Positions 1 through 9,590 of a DNA stretch of 20,000 bases are shown here, piece by piece. The position numbers and the translations under genes are program-made. Under the pieces are notes generated by a model. It was not told the origin of the DNA. It did not search any database and saw only the letters and a list, made by a program, of their open reading frames with translations. Source of the stretch: Chiloscyllium plagiosum (taxonomy: Eukaryota); NCBI RefSeq assembly GCF_004010195.1, contig NC_057719.1:67455916-67475915 (forward strand), in the 5' to 3' direction. Position 1 is the first letter of the stretch. The number at the start of each line of letters is the position of its first letter.

Positions 1-279
1 CATTCCCCAATTTATCATAGTCAGCTCATGTCTCCTTTGTTTCCTTTGCAGTGGTATGATGGCATTTTATCCCTCATAATATAAGAAACAAGGTGTGGAT
101 AATGTGGTGTTGAAGGATCCAACATGTGTTTATTATAACATACTAATCTATAGAAATAGTCACATCTAAGTGTCTGGGCACTTATTAAGCTAGTTGGTTG
201 TTAATATCAATATGCTTTTAATAGTGTGTTATGCTTCAAATGATCCCCAGTAAGATGGGGAACGCTTAAAGACATACTG

Positions 280-830
280 AGTAAGTTAGGTGGCAGGACT
301 GGAGGATGGTGAGGAGAAAGTGGGGACTGCAGATGCTGGAGATCAGAGTCGAAGAGTGTGGTGCTGGAAAAGCATAGCCGGTCAGGCAGCATCCAAGGAG
401 CAGGAGAATCGATGTTTTGGGCATAAGCCCTTCATTAGGAATGGAGGATGTTGAGGTCATGTCAAGTGTGGAATAGATGGATGATCCAACCATCACCTGT
501 GAGCTCAGAGGGCTATTGGAGGGCGAGGAGTTTTAGGAGAAATAGGGAGAGGCAGGAATGCCAGGGAAAGTCAGACAGTCAGGGAGTTGTAGAGTTAGGG
601 TGAGAGCTGGAAGGTCAGGGGGAATAGTTGGAGTGTCAAGAATGTGGGAGGATTGAAGTTGTCAGTGGATGGATGGATGACATAGGGTCAAGGGATTTCT
701 GAGTGTCTGGATGATTGGGAATAAGAAGGGCTTAAAGGATCATGGGTATCAGAGGGCTAGAAGGAATAAAATGGGGCATCAAAAAATCAAAGTGTTGGGT
801 AAATTGGAGGGTAAGGGCAGGCAATGAATA
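280..830 (+). repeat. Degenerate G/A-rich low-complexity or decayed minisatellite tract (left part)
   Basis: Strong G/A strand bias with recurring GAGGGTCAGG / CAGAGGGCTA / GTTGGAG words. The same composition resumes at 1714-2165. Confidence 0.55.
315..441 (-). mobile_element. Solo Penelope-type pLTR unit with decayed minimal hammerhead, flanked by a TSD
   Basis: Minus strand reads ATTC-CTAATGA-AGGGC-TTAT-GCCC-AAAAC-ATC-GATTC, then the GATGCTGCCTGACC...CAGCATCTGCAG tail. Flanking direct repeats are TGGAGGATGGTGAGG (300-314) and TGGAGGATGTTGAGG (442-456). Confidence 0.85.
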
Positions 831-1713
831 AGAAATGGAATGTTGACCCTTATTTCAATGGAGTTGGAGTATAAGGCTAGGGAAGGAAACAGGGGAGGTG
901 GTGGCCTTGTGATATTATCACTAGACTGTTAATGCAGAGATCCAGGTAATGTTTTCAGGACCTGGGTTCAAATCCCACCTGGCAGATAGTGGAATTTGAA
1001 TTCAGTTTTTAAAAATCTGGAATTAAAGAGTAAGGAATCCTATTGTTGGTTGTCGGAAAAAAGACATCTGGTTCACCATCGACTTTTTGGGAAAGAAACT
1101 GCCATCCTTAACTGGTCAGGGGCTACACATGACTCCAGACCCGCAGCAATGTTGTTGACTCTTAACCGTCCACTGCAATGGGCAACAACTGATGGCCTAG
1201 CCAGTGATGCCTTCATCCAGTGAATGAATGAATTTTTAAAAAAAGGTGAAACCACATCTGGGGAACGGTGAGCAGTTTTGGTCCCCTTATTTAAGGAAAG
1301 ATATCATTTCACTGGAGGCAGTTCAGAAAAGGTTCACTGGGATAATCCACGATATGTGAGATTGCTTAAAGGGCAAAAGCTAAAGAGGTTGGCTCTACTC
1401 ATTGGAGTTTAGAAGCATGAGAGGTGATATCATTAAAATGGAAAAGATTCTTAACGGGTTTGACAAGGTAAATGCTGAGAGGATGTTTTCCCTCATGAAA
1501 GAGTCTAGGACCAGAGGGCATAGTCTCATAATAAAGGAGTGCCAATTTAAGAGTGAAATAAGGAGTAGGATTTTTGATCAATAGGGGAAATCAAAGGTAA
1601 TGGAGAAATGTCAGGAAAGTGGACATGAGGAATGTCTGATCAACCATGATCCTCTTGAATGATGGAGCAAGCTTGGGGGGCCAAATGGCCTACTCCTGTT
1701 CCTGTTCCTTATG
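816..1713 (+). mobile_element. CR1-type LINE 3' fragment, interrupted by the SINE at 892-1244
   Basis: Decayed ORF2 C-terminus (FWSPYLRKDI..LEAVQKRFT; EFRSMRGDIIKMEKILNGFDKVNAERMF..ESRTRGHSL) and a CR1-type 3' end GGCCAAATGGCCTACTCCTGTTCCT. Confidence 0.85.
892..1244 (+). mobile_element. tRNA-derived SINE with a LINE-derived 3' tail
   Basis: A-box-like TGGCCTTGTGA (~902) and B-box GGTTCAAATCC (965-975). The body matches 13600-14008 (minus strand). The tail GGGCAACAACTGATGGCCTAGCCAG..(GAAT)3 resembles the LINE 3' ends at 15575-15635 and 19630-19693. Confidence 0.85.
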
Positions 1714-2165
1714 GAGGATTGGGGTTCTCTGGATCAGGGAGAATTTGAGGATCAAGGATCAGAGAGTAAGGGACTTCAGAGACTGAAGTCGCAGGAAGTT
1801 GGGGAGTAAGAGTTGAAGGATGAGGAATGTTATTGGAGGGACAGTGAGGCTCAGGGGATAAAAGGTGCCAGGAGGTCAGGACAAGTCAGAGGGTCTAGGG
1901 CAATTGGATAGGAAGGAAGATCAGAGAGTTGGGGCTATCAGAGGGCTATAGGGGTTTAGTGGGGTATTGGAGACTGAAGGGTTGGGAACGATTGAGGGTA
2001 AAATGGAGGTTAGAGGGTCAGTGATTCATTGGCTTAATGGGAGTTTACAGGGTCAGTAGGAGCTGGAGGGTGTTGGAGTGTTAATGGGCACCATAAGGTC
2101 AGATGTAGAGTTGGAGGATTACAGAGTTGAAAGGTTTGGGGAGGAGGGGGGAGAAGTGGTGTAAA
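1714..2165 (+). repeat. Degenerate G/A-rich tract (right part)
   Basis: Same purine/G-biased words as 280-830 (CAGAGGGCTAT, GAGGGTCAG, GTTGGAG). Confidence 0.55.
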
Positions 2166-2194
2166 GTTGTTAGAGCCAACATCATCATACCTGT

Positions 2195-2436
2195 GGGTGG
2201 CATGGTGGTTAAGTGGTTAGCATTGCTGCCTCACAGTGCCAGTGGGTTCAATTCCACCCTCAGGCAACTATCTGTGTTAAAGTTTACATTCTCTGTGTCT
2301 TTGTGGGCTGCCTCCAAGTGCTCCATTTTCCTCCCAGCGTCCAGAGATGTGCGGGTTAGGTGGATTGGCTATGCTAAATTGCCCATAGTGTCTAGAGATG
2401 TGTAGATTAGCATTGGGGAAAGCAGGGATAGGGTGG
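2195..2436 (+). mobile_element. HE1-type V-SINE, 3' part interrupted by a Penelope-like element
   Basis: tRNA head GGGTGGCATGGTGGTTAAGTGGTTAGCATTGCTGCCTCACAG..GGGTTCAATTCC, V-domain-like TTTACATTCTCTGTGTCTTTGTGGG..TTTCCTCCCA..CCAGAGATGTGC, and GGTTAGGTGGATTGGCTATGCTAAATTG. Confidence 0.9.
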
Positions 2437-3115
2437 ATCTGCTCCCAGGAGGACCGGTTCCACCACAGAACACACCAGATGGCCTCCTTCTTTAGAGACC
2501 GCAATTTCCCTTCCCACGTGGTTAAAGATGCCCTCCAATGCATCTCGTCTATATCCCACACCTCAGCCCTCAGACCCCACCCCTCCAACCGTAACAAGGA
2601 CAGAACGCCCCTGGTGCTCACCTTCTACCCTACCAACCTTCGCATAAACCAAATCATCCGCCGACATTTCCGCCACCTCCAAACAGACCCCACCACCAAA
2701 GATATATTTCCCTCCCCACCCCTTTCCGCCTTCCGCAAAGACCGTTCACTTCGTGACAACCTGGTCAGGTCCACGACCCCCTACAACCCACCCTCCCATC
2801 CTGGCACCTTCCCCTGCCACCGCAGGAACTGTAAAACCTGCGCCCACACCTCCTCCCTCACCTCCATCCAAGGCCCTAAAGGAGCCTTCCACATCCATCA
2901 AAGTTTTACCTGCAAATCCACTAATATCATTTATTGTATCCGTTGCTCCCGACGCGGTCTCCTCTACATTGGGGAGACTGGACACCTCCTAGCAGAGCGC
3001 TTTAGGGAACATCTCCGAGACACCCGCACCAATCAACCAAACCGCCCCGTGGCACAACATTTCAACTCCCCCTCCCACTCTGCCGAGGATATGGAGGTGC
3101 TGGGCCTCCTCCACC
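2437..3115 (+). pseudogene. Partial Penelope ORF: linker, Cys motif and GIY-YIG endonuclease, truncated at both ends
   Basis: IIY at 2926-2934, YIG at 2965-2973, and a downstream Arg in ERFREH. There is no native start (the ATG at 2398 lies in the SINE), and homology ends after EVLGLLH. Confidence 0.85.
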
Positions 3116-3221
3116 TATCACCTTCACCCCCTCCCCCACTCACCTATTGTACTCTATGCTACTTTCTCCCCACCTCCCACCCTCCTCTAGCTTATCTCTC
3201 CACACTCCAGGTTCACTGCCT

Positions 3222-3262
3222 TTATCCCTGATGAAGGACTTTTGCCTGAAACGTCGATTTCG
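3222..3262 (+). ncRNA. Minimal type I hammerhead ribozyme motif (Penelope-associated), partly decayed
   Basis: CTGATGA (3228-3234), then A-GGAC-TTTT-GCCT as stem II, then GAAAC-GTC (3248-3255) with a palindromic, loopless helix III. Stems I and II carry mismatches. Confidence 0.75.
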
Positions 3263-3680
3263 AAGCTCCTTGGATGCTGCCTGAATTGCTGTGCTCTTCC
3301 AGCACCACTAATCCAGATCCTGGGTCTGGATGCGATGCGGTTCCAGATGTAGAGCCAGCATTTCAGCCGAGAAAGGACAGAAAATCTCCATATGACTCAA
3401 TCAGCTCATACAGTAAGTGCCTGAAGTGTACTGACCAGGAATGTCCCAGTCGATCTTTTGTAGCATAACTGGACCCATTTTGGATGATGTTACTCTTATT
3501 GTTTAGCAGAGGGAAGTATTTATCAGACTTCCTGCTGGAAGAACTCATGTATGGGTATCATCTGGAACAGATTTGTCTTGATTCTGATCCTCTGGGATTA
3601 GTAGTCAGTCAATACTCATTGTCAAGATTCACATTTGAATAGTGTTCCATTGCGCAAGGCACCAGAGGATAGCAATTCAG

Positions 3681-3861
3681 GCTGGCTCAGTTGGTAGCAC
3701 TCTTACCACTAGGTCCGAGTGCCAAGTTCACATGCCAGAGCTTGAATGCATTAAACCAAGCCTGAAAGTTGAACCTAGTACTAAGAGGTCCTAGCCAATA
3801 TTTAGCCCTCAATTAAAAAAAAAATCGCAAAAACAAATTACCTGGTCATTGCCATATTGCT
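3681..3861 (+). mobile_element. Deu-domain-type (SacSINE1/AmnSINE-like) SINE, internally deleted
   Basis: Head TGGCTCAGTTGGTAGCACTCTT joined to GTCCTAGCCAATATTTAGCCCTCAA..ATTACCTGGTCATTGCCATATTGCT, which matches my recollection of the SacSINE1 consensus. Confidence 0.65.
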
Positions 3862-4149
3862 AAATACATTGATTCTAACATAAGTATCCTGTGATGCTGA
3901 CACCAACAAGGCAGCGACACATGGAGGACTGAGAAAAGAAAATACAAGGTGAAGGGCTGTGGAAGAAGTTCTATTGAAAAAAAAATCAAAAATAAACATG
4001 TAAAGTAAGATAAAATAACAAACATGCACTTTACATAGCTGAGCTGATAACGTAAGTGGCTGTAATTCTTGACTCAGTGAAAAACAGCAAGAGAGTAACA
4101 GGAAGGCTGTTTTCTGAAAGAATATAAAAGATGCACTTGGGAACAGAAT

Positions 4150-4737
4150 GACAGGATTGTTACAGTGCAGAAGGAAGCTACTTGGTCTGCGATGAATGCA
4201 ACGGCTTTCTGACCACTTTGACTTCATGCCAATCTCCTGCCTTTTCTCTGAAACCCTGTACATTATTTCAATACAGTTAATCTTTAATTGCCCTCGCAAT
4301 TGCCTTTCCTCACCATACTTCCCAGCAGTGCATTCCTGACCCTCACCATTTGCTGCGTGAAAAAGTTTACACTGCTCACCTTACAGACACTTTAAATATG
4401 TGCCCCTTGATTTTCAGTCCTTTTATGAAAGGAAACAGGTTCTCACACTCTACCCTGTAATGATGCAATATTATTTTTGAAAATTGGACCAAATCTCTTC
4501 TCAGTCTTCTCCTTTTCAAAGCCAACAGTCTGAACTTTGCCAAGTTATCCTCATACCTGATGTTTCTCACCCCGGAACCATTCTTGGAAAACCTTTCCAC
4601 CTTCTTTCTAGTGAGTTCACATCCTTCCGAAAATGTGGGGCCCAAAACTGAATATAATATTCCAGCTGAGGTCCACCTAGTGTCTTATGTAAGTTCAGCA
4701 TAATCTTTCCTCTTTTGTCTATGCTCCTATTAATAAA
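4150..4737 (-). mobile_element. CR1/HER1-type LINE 3' fragment (continues at 5697-6125)
   Basis: Minus-strand peptide YEDNLAKFRLLALKRRRLRRDLVQFSKII is a decayed form of CR1 YEERL..LGLFSLE.RRLRGDLI. Confidence 0.8.
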
Positions 4738-4829
4738 GGAGAAAGTGAGGTCTGCAGATGCTGGAGATCAGAGCTGAAAATGTGTTGCTGGAAAAACGCA
4801 GCAGGTCAGGCAGCATCCAGGGAACAGGA

Positions 4830-4867
4830 GAATCGGCGTTTCGGGCATAAGCCCTTATCCAGGAATG
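4830..4867 (-). ncRNA. Decayed minimal hammerhead motif
   Basis: Minus strand reads ATTC-CTGGATA-AGGGC-TTAT-GCCC-GAAAC-GCC-GATTC. Stem II is intact; the core and cleavage triplet are mutated. Confidence 0.6.
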
Positions 4868-4952
4868 AGGAAAGTTTGTCCAGCAGGCTAAGATAAAAGG
4901 TAGGGAGGAGGGACTTGCGGGAGGGACGTCGGAAATGCGATAGGTGGAAAGA

Positions 4953-5424
4953 NNNNNNNNNNNNNNNNNNNNNNNNNNNNNNNNNNNNNNNNNNNNNNNN
5001 NNNNNNNNNNNNNNNNNNNNNNNNNNNNNNNNNNNNNNNNNNNNNNNNNNNNNNNNNNNNNNNNNNNNNNNNNNNNNNNNNNNNNNNNNNNNNNNNNNNN
5101 NNNNNNNNNNNNNNNNNNNNNNNNNNNNNNNNNNNNNNNNNNNNNNNNNNNNNNNNNNNNNNNNNNNNNNNNNNNNNNNNNNNNNNNNNNNNNNNNNNNN
5201 NNNNNNNNNNNNNNNNNNNNNNNNNNNNNNNNNNNNNNNNNNNNNNNNNNNNNNNNNNNNNNNNNNNNNNNNNNNNNNNNNNNNNNNNNNNNNNNNNNNN
5301 NNNNNNNNNNNNNNNNNNNNNNNNNNNNNNNNNNNNNNNNNNNNNNNNNNNNNNNNNNNNNNNNNNNNNNNNNNNNNNNNNNNNNNNNNNNNNNNNNNNN
5401 NNNNNNNNNNNNNNNNNNNNNNNN
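4953..5424. other. Assembly gap (472 N)
   Basis: Run of N. Confidence 1.
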
Positions 5425-5696
5425 CAGATGGCTTCCTTCTTCAAGGACCGCAATTTCCCCCCCGGTGTGGTCGACGATGCCCTCCACCGCATCTCTTCCA
5501 CTTCCCGCTCCTCCGCCCTTGAGCCCCGCCCCTCCAACCGCCACCATGACAGAACCCCACTGGTCCTCACCTACCACCCCACCAATCTCCATGTACAGCG
5601 CATCATCCGCCATCATTTCCGCCACCTCCAAACGGACCCCACCACCAAGGATATATTTCCCTCCCCTCCCCTATCAGCATTCCGTAAACATTTTCA

Positions 5697-6125
5697 GCTC
5701 CTATTAATGAAACCTAGAATATTGTTATCATTATCAGCTCCCTCTACCTGAACAGCCATCTTTAATGACTTATGCACATTAAACATGCAAGTCTTAGTAC
5801 TTCTTCACATGATTTTGTAACTTTGTACTCCTGCACATGTTTTCAGACAGTACTCTTTATTTTATACTGTCTGTCCATATTCTTTGTACCAAAACATTAT
5901 CACCTCAAATTACTCTGTATTAAACTTCATCTGCCACGTATCTGCCCACCATTTACAACCCTCCCAAATTTTGTGTAATTTGTAAACATTCAATTTGTCC
6001 CCTGCACACTAAGATCTAGATCAACTGTACCTATGACATCCCAATACCAAACCTTGCGGAACTTTACCACAACCTTCGTCCAGCCCAAAAAAAACCCTGT
6101 TAAGCATCATTCACTGTTTCCAGTA
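5697..6125 (-). mobile_element. CR1-type LINE fragment (continuation of 4150-4737)
   Basis: CCAAAACATTATCACCTCA..TTAAACTTCATCTGCCAC is the reverse of the CR1 W..WQMKFN.E.CEVM.FG motif. Confidence 0.75.
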
Positions 6126-6249
6126 TGGGTGGTGTTAACTACACTGTGTATGTAACTTATGTGAAACAAACCAGAACCAGGGGCCTTTGGATTAAAACAT
6201 TGACTAGCAACAATATTTGGATTTTTAAATTGCAATTTGTCATAGACCT

Positions 6250-6474
6250 GAGAATCAAAGAATCATGGAATCCCTGTGAAAACAAGCCTTTTGGCCCATT
6301 GGATCCACACTGACTCTCTGAAGAGGATCTCACCCAGACCCAACCCCTCCTACTCTATCTCTGTAACCCTGCATATCCCATGGCTGATCCCCCTAGCCTG
6401 CACATCCATGTACACTATGCATAATTTAGCATAGCAAATCCACCTAACTTGCACATCTTTGGACTGTGGGAGGA
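6250..6474 (-). mobile_element. HE1-type SINE, 5'-truncated
   Basis: AATTTAGCATAGCAAATCCACCTAACTTGCACATCTTTGGACTGTGGGAGGA with an AGAATC-repeat tail. Confidence 0.85.
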
Positions 6475-8060
6475 GGCGGTTGAACTCCAGAAATCCTGCA
6501 AGCAAAGACAGGCCTCTCTGTCTCATCCTCTGTAAGTGACAAAAAGAAACACTCAGATTCGAAAGAAGAATTTCTAACTCAAGCAAAGACCTCGTTTCAA
6601 CTGATTAGCTAACAAATTGAGGGTATTCTGTTGCTTGGCATTCAATAACAACATGATAATATTAACAAATAATTATTCTGCCAGGAATAAAATAAAAAGC
6701 GATCTATTCAGATGATGCAAAGACAACTAATTGCCTTTTTTCATGCCAATCAAGATTGCTAGCTGGAGTAATGGTAGTTTTGAAACATTGCCAAGCATTC
6801 ATATTAATGATAACTATTATTAGTAATAATAATAGCCCTTGGAAGAATATCAACAAATACATGATTTGATGAACAGATGGAATTTTGTTTTCTAAACTTG
6901 TTAAGATGGCATGTCAACCATAATAGACCAGAGGGAGGCTTTTGTTCACACTCTCACTGACTGCTTCAGCCTGCTTTTTCTCATTTATAAAGCACTTTTA
7001 AAAAGTTTCAAATTGCAACATTTAAACAGATCTTATCCATCTTTCAATAGCATTTATGTCTACTCCATCCATTCATGCCTCTCACACTGTGAGTTAAAGC
7101 CCCTGTACCAGCCAAAATGGGGTTTATTTGAACTCAGCACCAAGCTCAAAAGTTATGTGCTGAATATATGCTCTGCTCATTGCTGTTTAAACACTGCCCC
7201 TTCTTCTCCACCAGTAAAAACCTGGATCTGATAGTAATAAAGTTGGGGCTTCCACATCTGAGTTCTGCTCAAGTCTGTAGAGGTCTCTGGGGTCAGTCTG
7301 ACTCCTCAAAGGTCAGGTTACCTAAGTCTATGGTTATCTTACCTTCCTTACAAAACTTCCAGAAATCAGAAAACCCAATTTAATTGTACAATACATTTCT
7401 CTTTCGAAAAACCACCTGCATTATTCCCTGCCATTGATTCAGAAAGAGTCAACGTCGACCTTAAGTCTTCAGTGACAAAATAGATCTTTGCATAGTGCAA
7501 AGGAGGAGATTGTAATTTTAAATCATTAATTGAAGGATGTTGAAGATGGCATTAAAGATACAAATAATGATATTTTATGGCTATGTTCACATTTTAAGGG
7601 GATATATATCTTCAATTCAGTTGAAAAATGTAACTGTAAAAACTGAAAAAAAAAAGGCAATTTTAGGTTTGTATTTTTTACTCCTAAAGGTGATGGCTGC
7701 TGTCCTGAGATTGGTTGATATGTCTAACAAATTACTGAGTGTTTGTTGAGGGCTGTGCAAACCTATTCTTTTGTGAATGGATCGCCCTTCATAGATCATC
7801 CTCCCTTGCAAAATGCACAACCACCATATCATTTGTCAAATAAAAAGCCTTCTTTACTTGTCGAAAATTGCCCGATTTTTGAGCAAATTTTTCTGGTTAG
7901 TCCATGCTTGAGTCTGTCCAAATGACTTCCTACTCTCGCCACGTAGGAAAGTAGCCCTATCTAAAGTCTAGAAACAAAATATCCTGTGAAAGTGGCATTT
8001 TCTCCTTCCTCATCTTGCAGCCTTTGACACTTTGCACCAGACCAGCCTTCTCCAATGACT

Positions 8061-8345
8061 ATCATAGGATTCCTACAGTGCAGAAACAGGTAATTTGTCC
8101 CAATAAGTCCACACCGACCCTCCAAAGAATATCCCACCCAGACCCATTCCCCTACACTAATCTACACATCCCTGAACATTATGGGCAATTTAGCATAGCC
8201 AATTCACCTAACCTGCAAATCTTTGGATTGTGGGAGGAAATCCACATAGACAAAGTACAAACTCCACACAGTCACCCAAGGTTGGAATTGAACCTAGGCC
8301 CCTGGTGTTGTGAGGCAGTAGTGCTAACCATTAAGCCACATGCTG
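8061..8345 (-). mobile_element. HE1-type SINE
   Basis: The reversed tRNA head (TTGAACC..GTGAGGCAGTAGTGCTAACCA) and the GGGCAATTTAGCATAGCCAATTCACCTAACCTGCA core are both present. Confidence 0.88.
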
Positions 8346-9340
8346 ACTAAGTAAATAGGGTGGAAGTTGTTGAGGGAGAAGTCAAGGGAGCAGCAAGGGA
8401 TCTAATGGACGAGTTAAGATCAGAGAGAACATCAGGTAGAGAAACTAGAAAGATGGAGAAACTGATTGACTTTGTCGAAGTTAAGTAGCATCAAGACCAA
8501 CACATTTCCATCTGAATGGAATTGGCATTACTTTAGTTGTTTAATAGATCTTTCATTAGATTTGCTTCAATGAACAATATAGCTCTTGTTCACTACATTT
8601 CCCACCCTCGAAACATATTTCCTCAAATTGAAAGCCAGACAGGGACAAAGGTGGAATAAAATCTTGAAATAATAATTAAACTCAGTTTATATGCTCACTA
8701 TGCTTGCACAGTTATTTTGAATGACAGACAGTGTAGGCATTTATAACAGAATAACTCTGAAATTCTCCCTTTGTGTCGTGTTACATTCAGATATTTCCAG
8801 AGTGGACACTGGTCAGCAGTTTCAATTTTGCTTTTTTTAAAATGTCAAAAAGCTGGAAATTACAGCCATTCTTTCGAACATGAAATAGAACATTTTATAT
8901 GGTGAGAGATATTTTTTACCTGAGGTTTATTGTATTCTGAGGGATTTTGGACATAGTCTTTTTACGGTATAGGACTCCATTTTGATTCCTCAGCATTTTA
9001 ACTACAGTGTGCTCCACTTCTGAATTGTAAGGCATCTTTTTTCCTTGCTGCCTGACAGCTTGTTATGTGGTACTCAGTGCCCTGTTTGCATGCATTGCAC
9101 AAGAACCCTTGCCATGATCTATCTTAACTTTAAAGATCAATGACTTTTCTAGCATCTAATCTGCATGTGTAAACCAGTTGTTGTTTACCTTTGCTTGTCT
9201 TAATGGCAATAATTGTAAATAATGGAATCAGTCAATAATAATTCAGCACACACACATAATACAAAAATTTTCCAGGCACTGATATCAGACACTTTGATTT
9301 CAATGTTAGCAATAAGGAATGAACAATCTATAACAAACAT

Positions 9341-9590
9341 TGAGTGATTGAGTCATATGGCACCAATCAGACATCCCAATCTGACCTAGTCCCATTTGCC
9401 AGCATTTGGCCCATATCCTTCTAAAGCCTTCTCATTCATATACCCATTCAGGTGTCTTTAAAATGTTGTAATTGTAACTGCGCCCACCATTCCCTCTGGC
9501 AGATCATTCCATACATGCATCACCCTCTGCATGAAAAACATTGCCCCTTACGTTCTTTTTAAATCTTTCCCCTCTGTCCTATGCCCTCTG
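9341..9590 (-). mobile_element. CR1/HER1-type LINE 3' end fragment
   Basis: CCACCATTCCCTCTGGCAGATCATTCCATAC..CACCCTCTGCATGAAAAA is the reverse of CR1 FFTQRVV..WN.LP..VV; typical 3' UTR follows. Confidence 0.8.

Larger units (their letters stand above)
2437..3317 (+). mobile_element. 5'-truncated Penelope-like retroelement (RT-linker/GIY-YIG end plus pLTR)
   Basis: Open frame ICSQED...PLVLTFYP..CHRRNCKTC..NIIYCIRC..LYIGET..AERFREH..VAQHFN, followed by a C-rich 3' UTR and a hammerhead-containing pLTR. Confidence 0.92.
4738..5696. mobile_element. Penelope-like insertion with inverted internal structure spanning the assembly gap
   Basis: The pLTR and 3' UTR lie on the minus strand at 4738-4952. 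An ORF piece QMASFFKDRNFP..RTPLVLTYHP..PLSAFRK lies on the plus strand at 5425-5687. GCTCCTATTAAT is repeated at 4723-4734 and 5697-5708. Confidence 0.8.

Noticed and set aside
31..95. Polypyrimidine tract plus CAG acceptor-like site
   Set aside because: All three frames stop within ~11 codons; no supporting exon chain.
892..980. tRNA-like sequences here and at 2195, 3681, 13818-14008 and 18260-18333
   Set aside because: They are SINE/LINE heads without a complete cloverleaf, not tRNA genes.
2746..2992. Overlapping Pro-rich and Gly-rich ORFs
   Set aside because: Alternative frames or antisense of the C-rich Penelope ORF.
3838..4299. 153-aa minus-strand ORF with a good acceptor at ~3930
   Set aside because: Low-complexity F/L/S-rich translation spanning CR1 and SINE remnants; no recognisable protein, and the donor would lie within a SINE.
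4806..5751. Long ORFs of 192-278 aa in the ORF track
   Set aside because: Artefacts of translating through the N gap.
7926..7953. Small hairpin TTCCTAC..GTAGGAA
   Set aside because: A 7-9 bp stem is expected by chance in 20 kb.
8915..9055. Possible minus-strand exon ending CAG|GTAAAA
   Set aside because: No polypyrimidine acceptor; peptide not recognisable.
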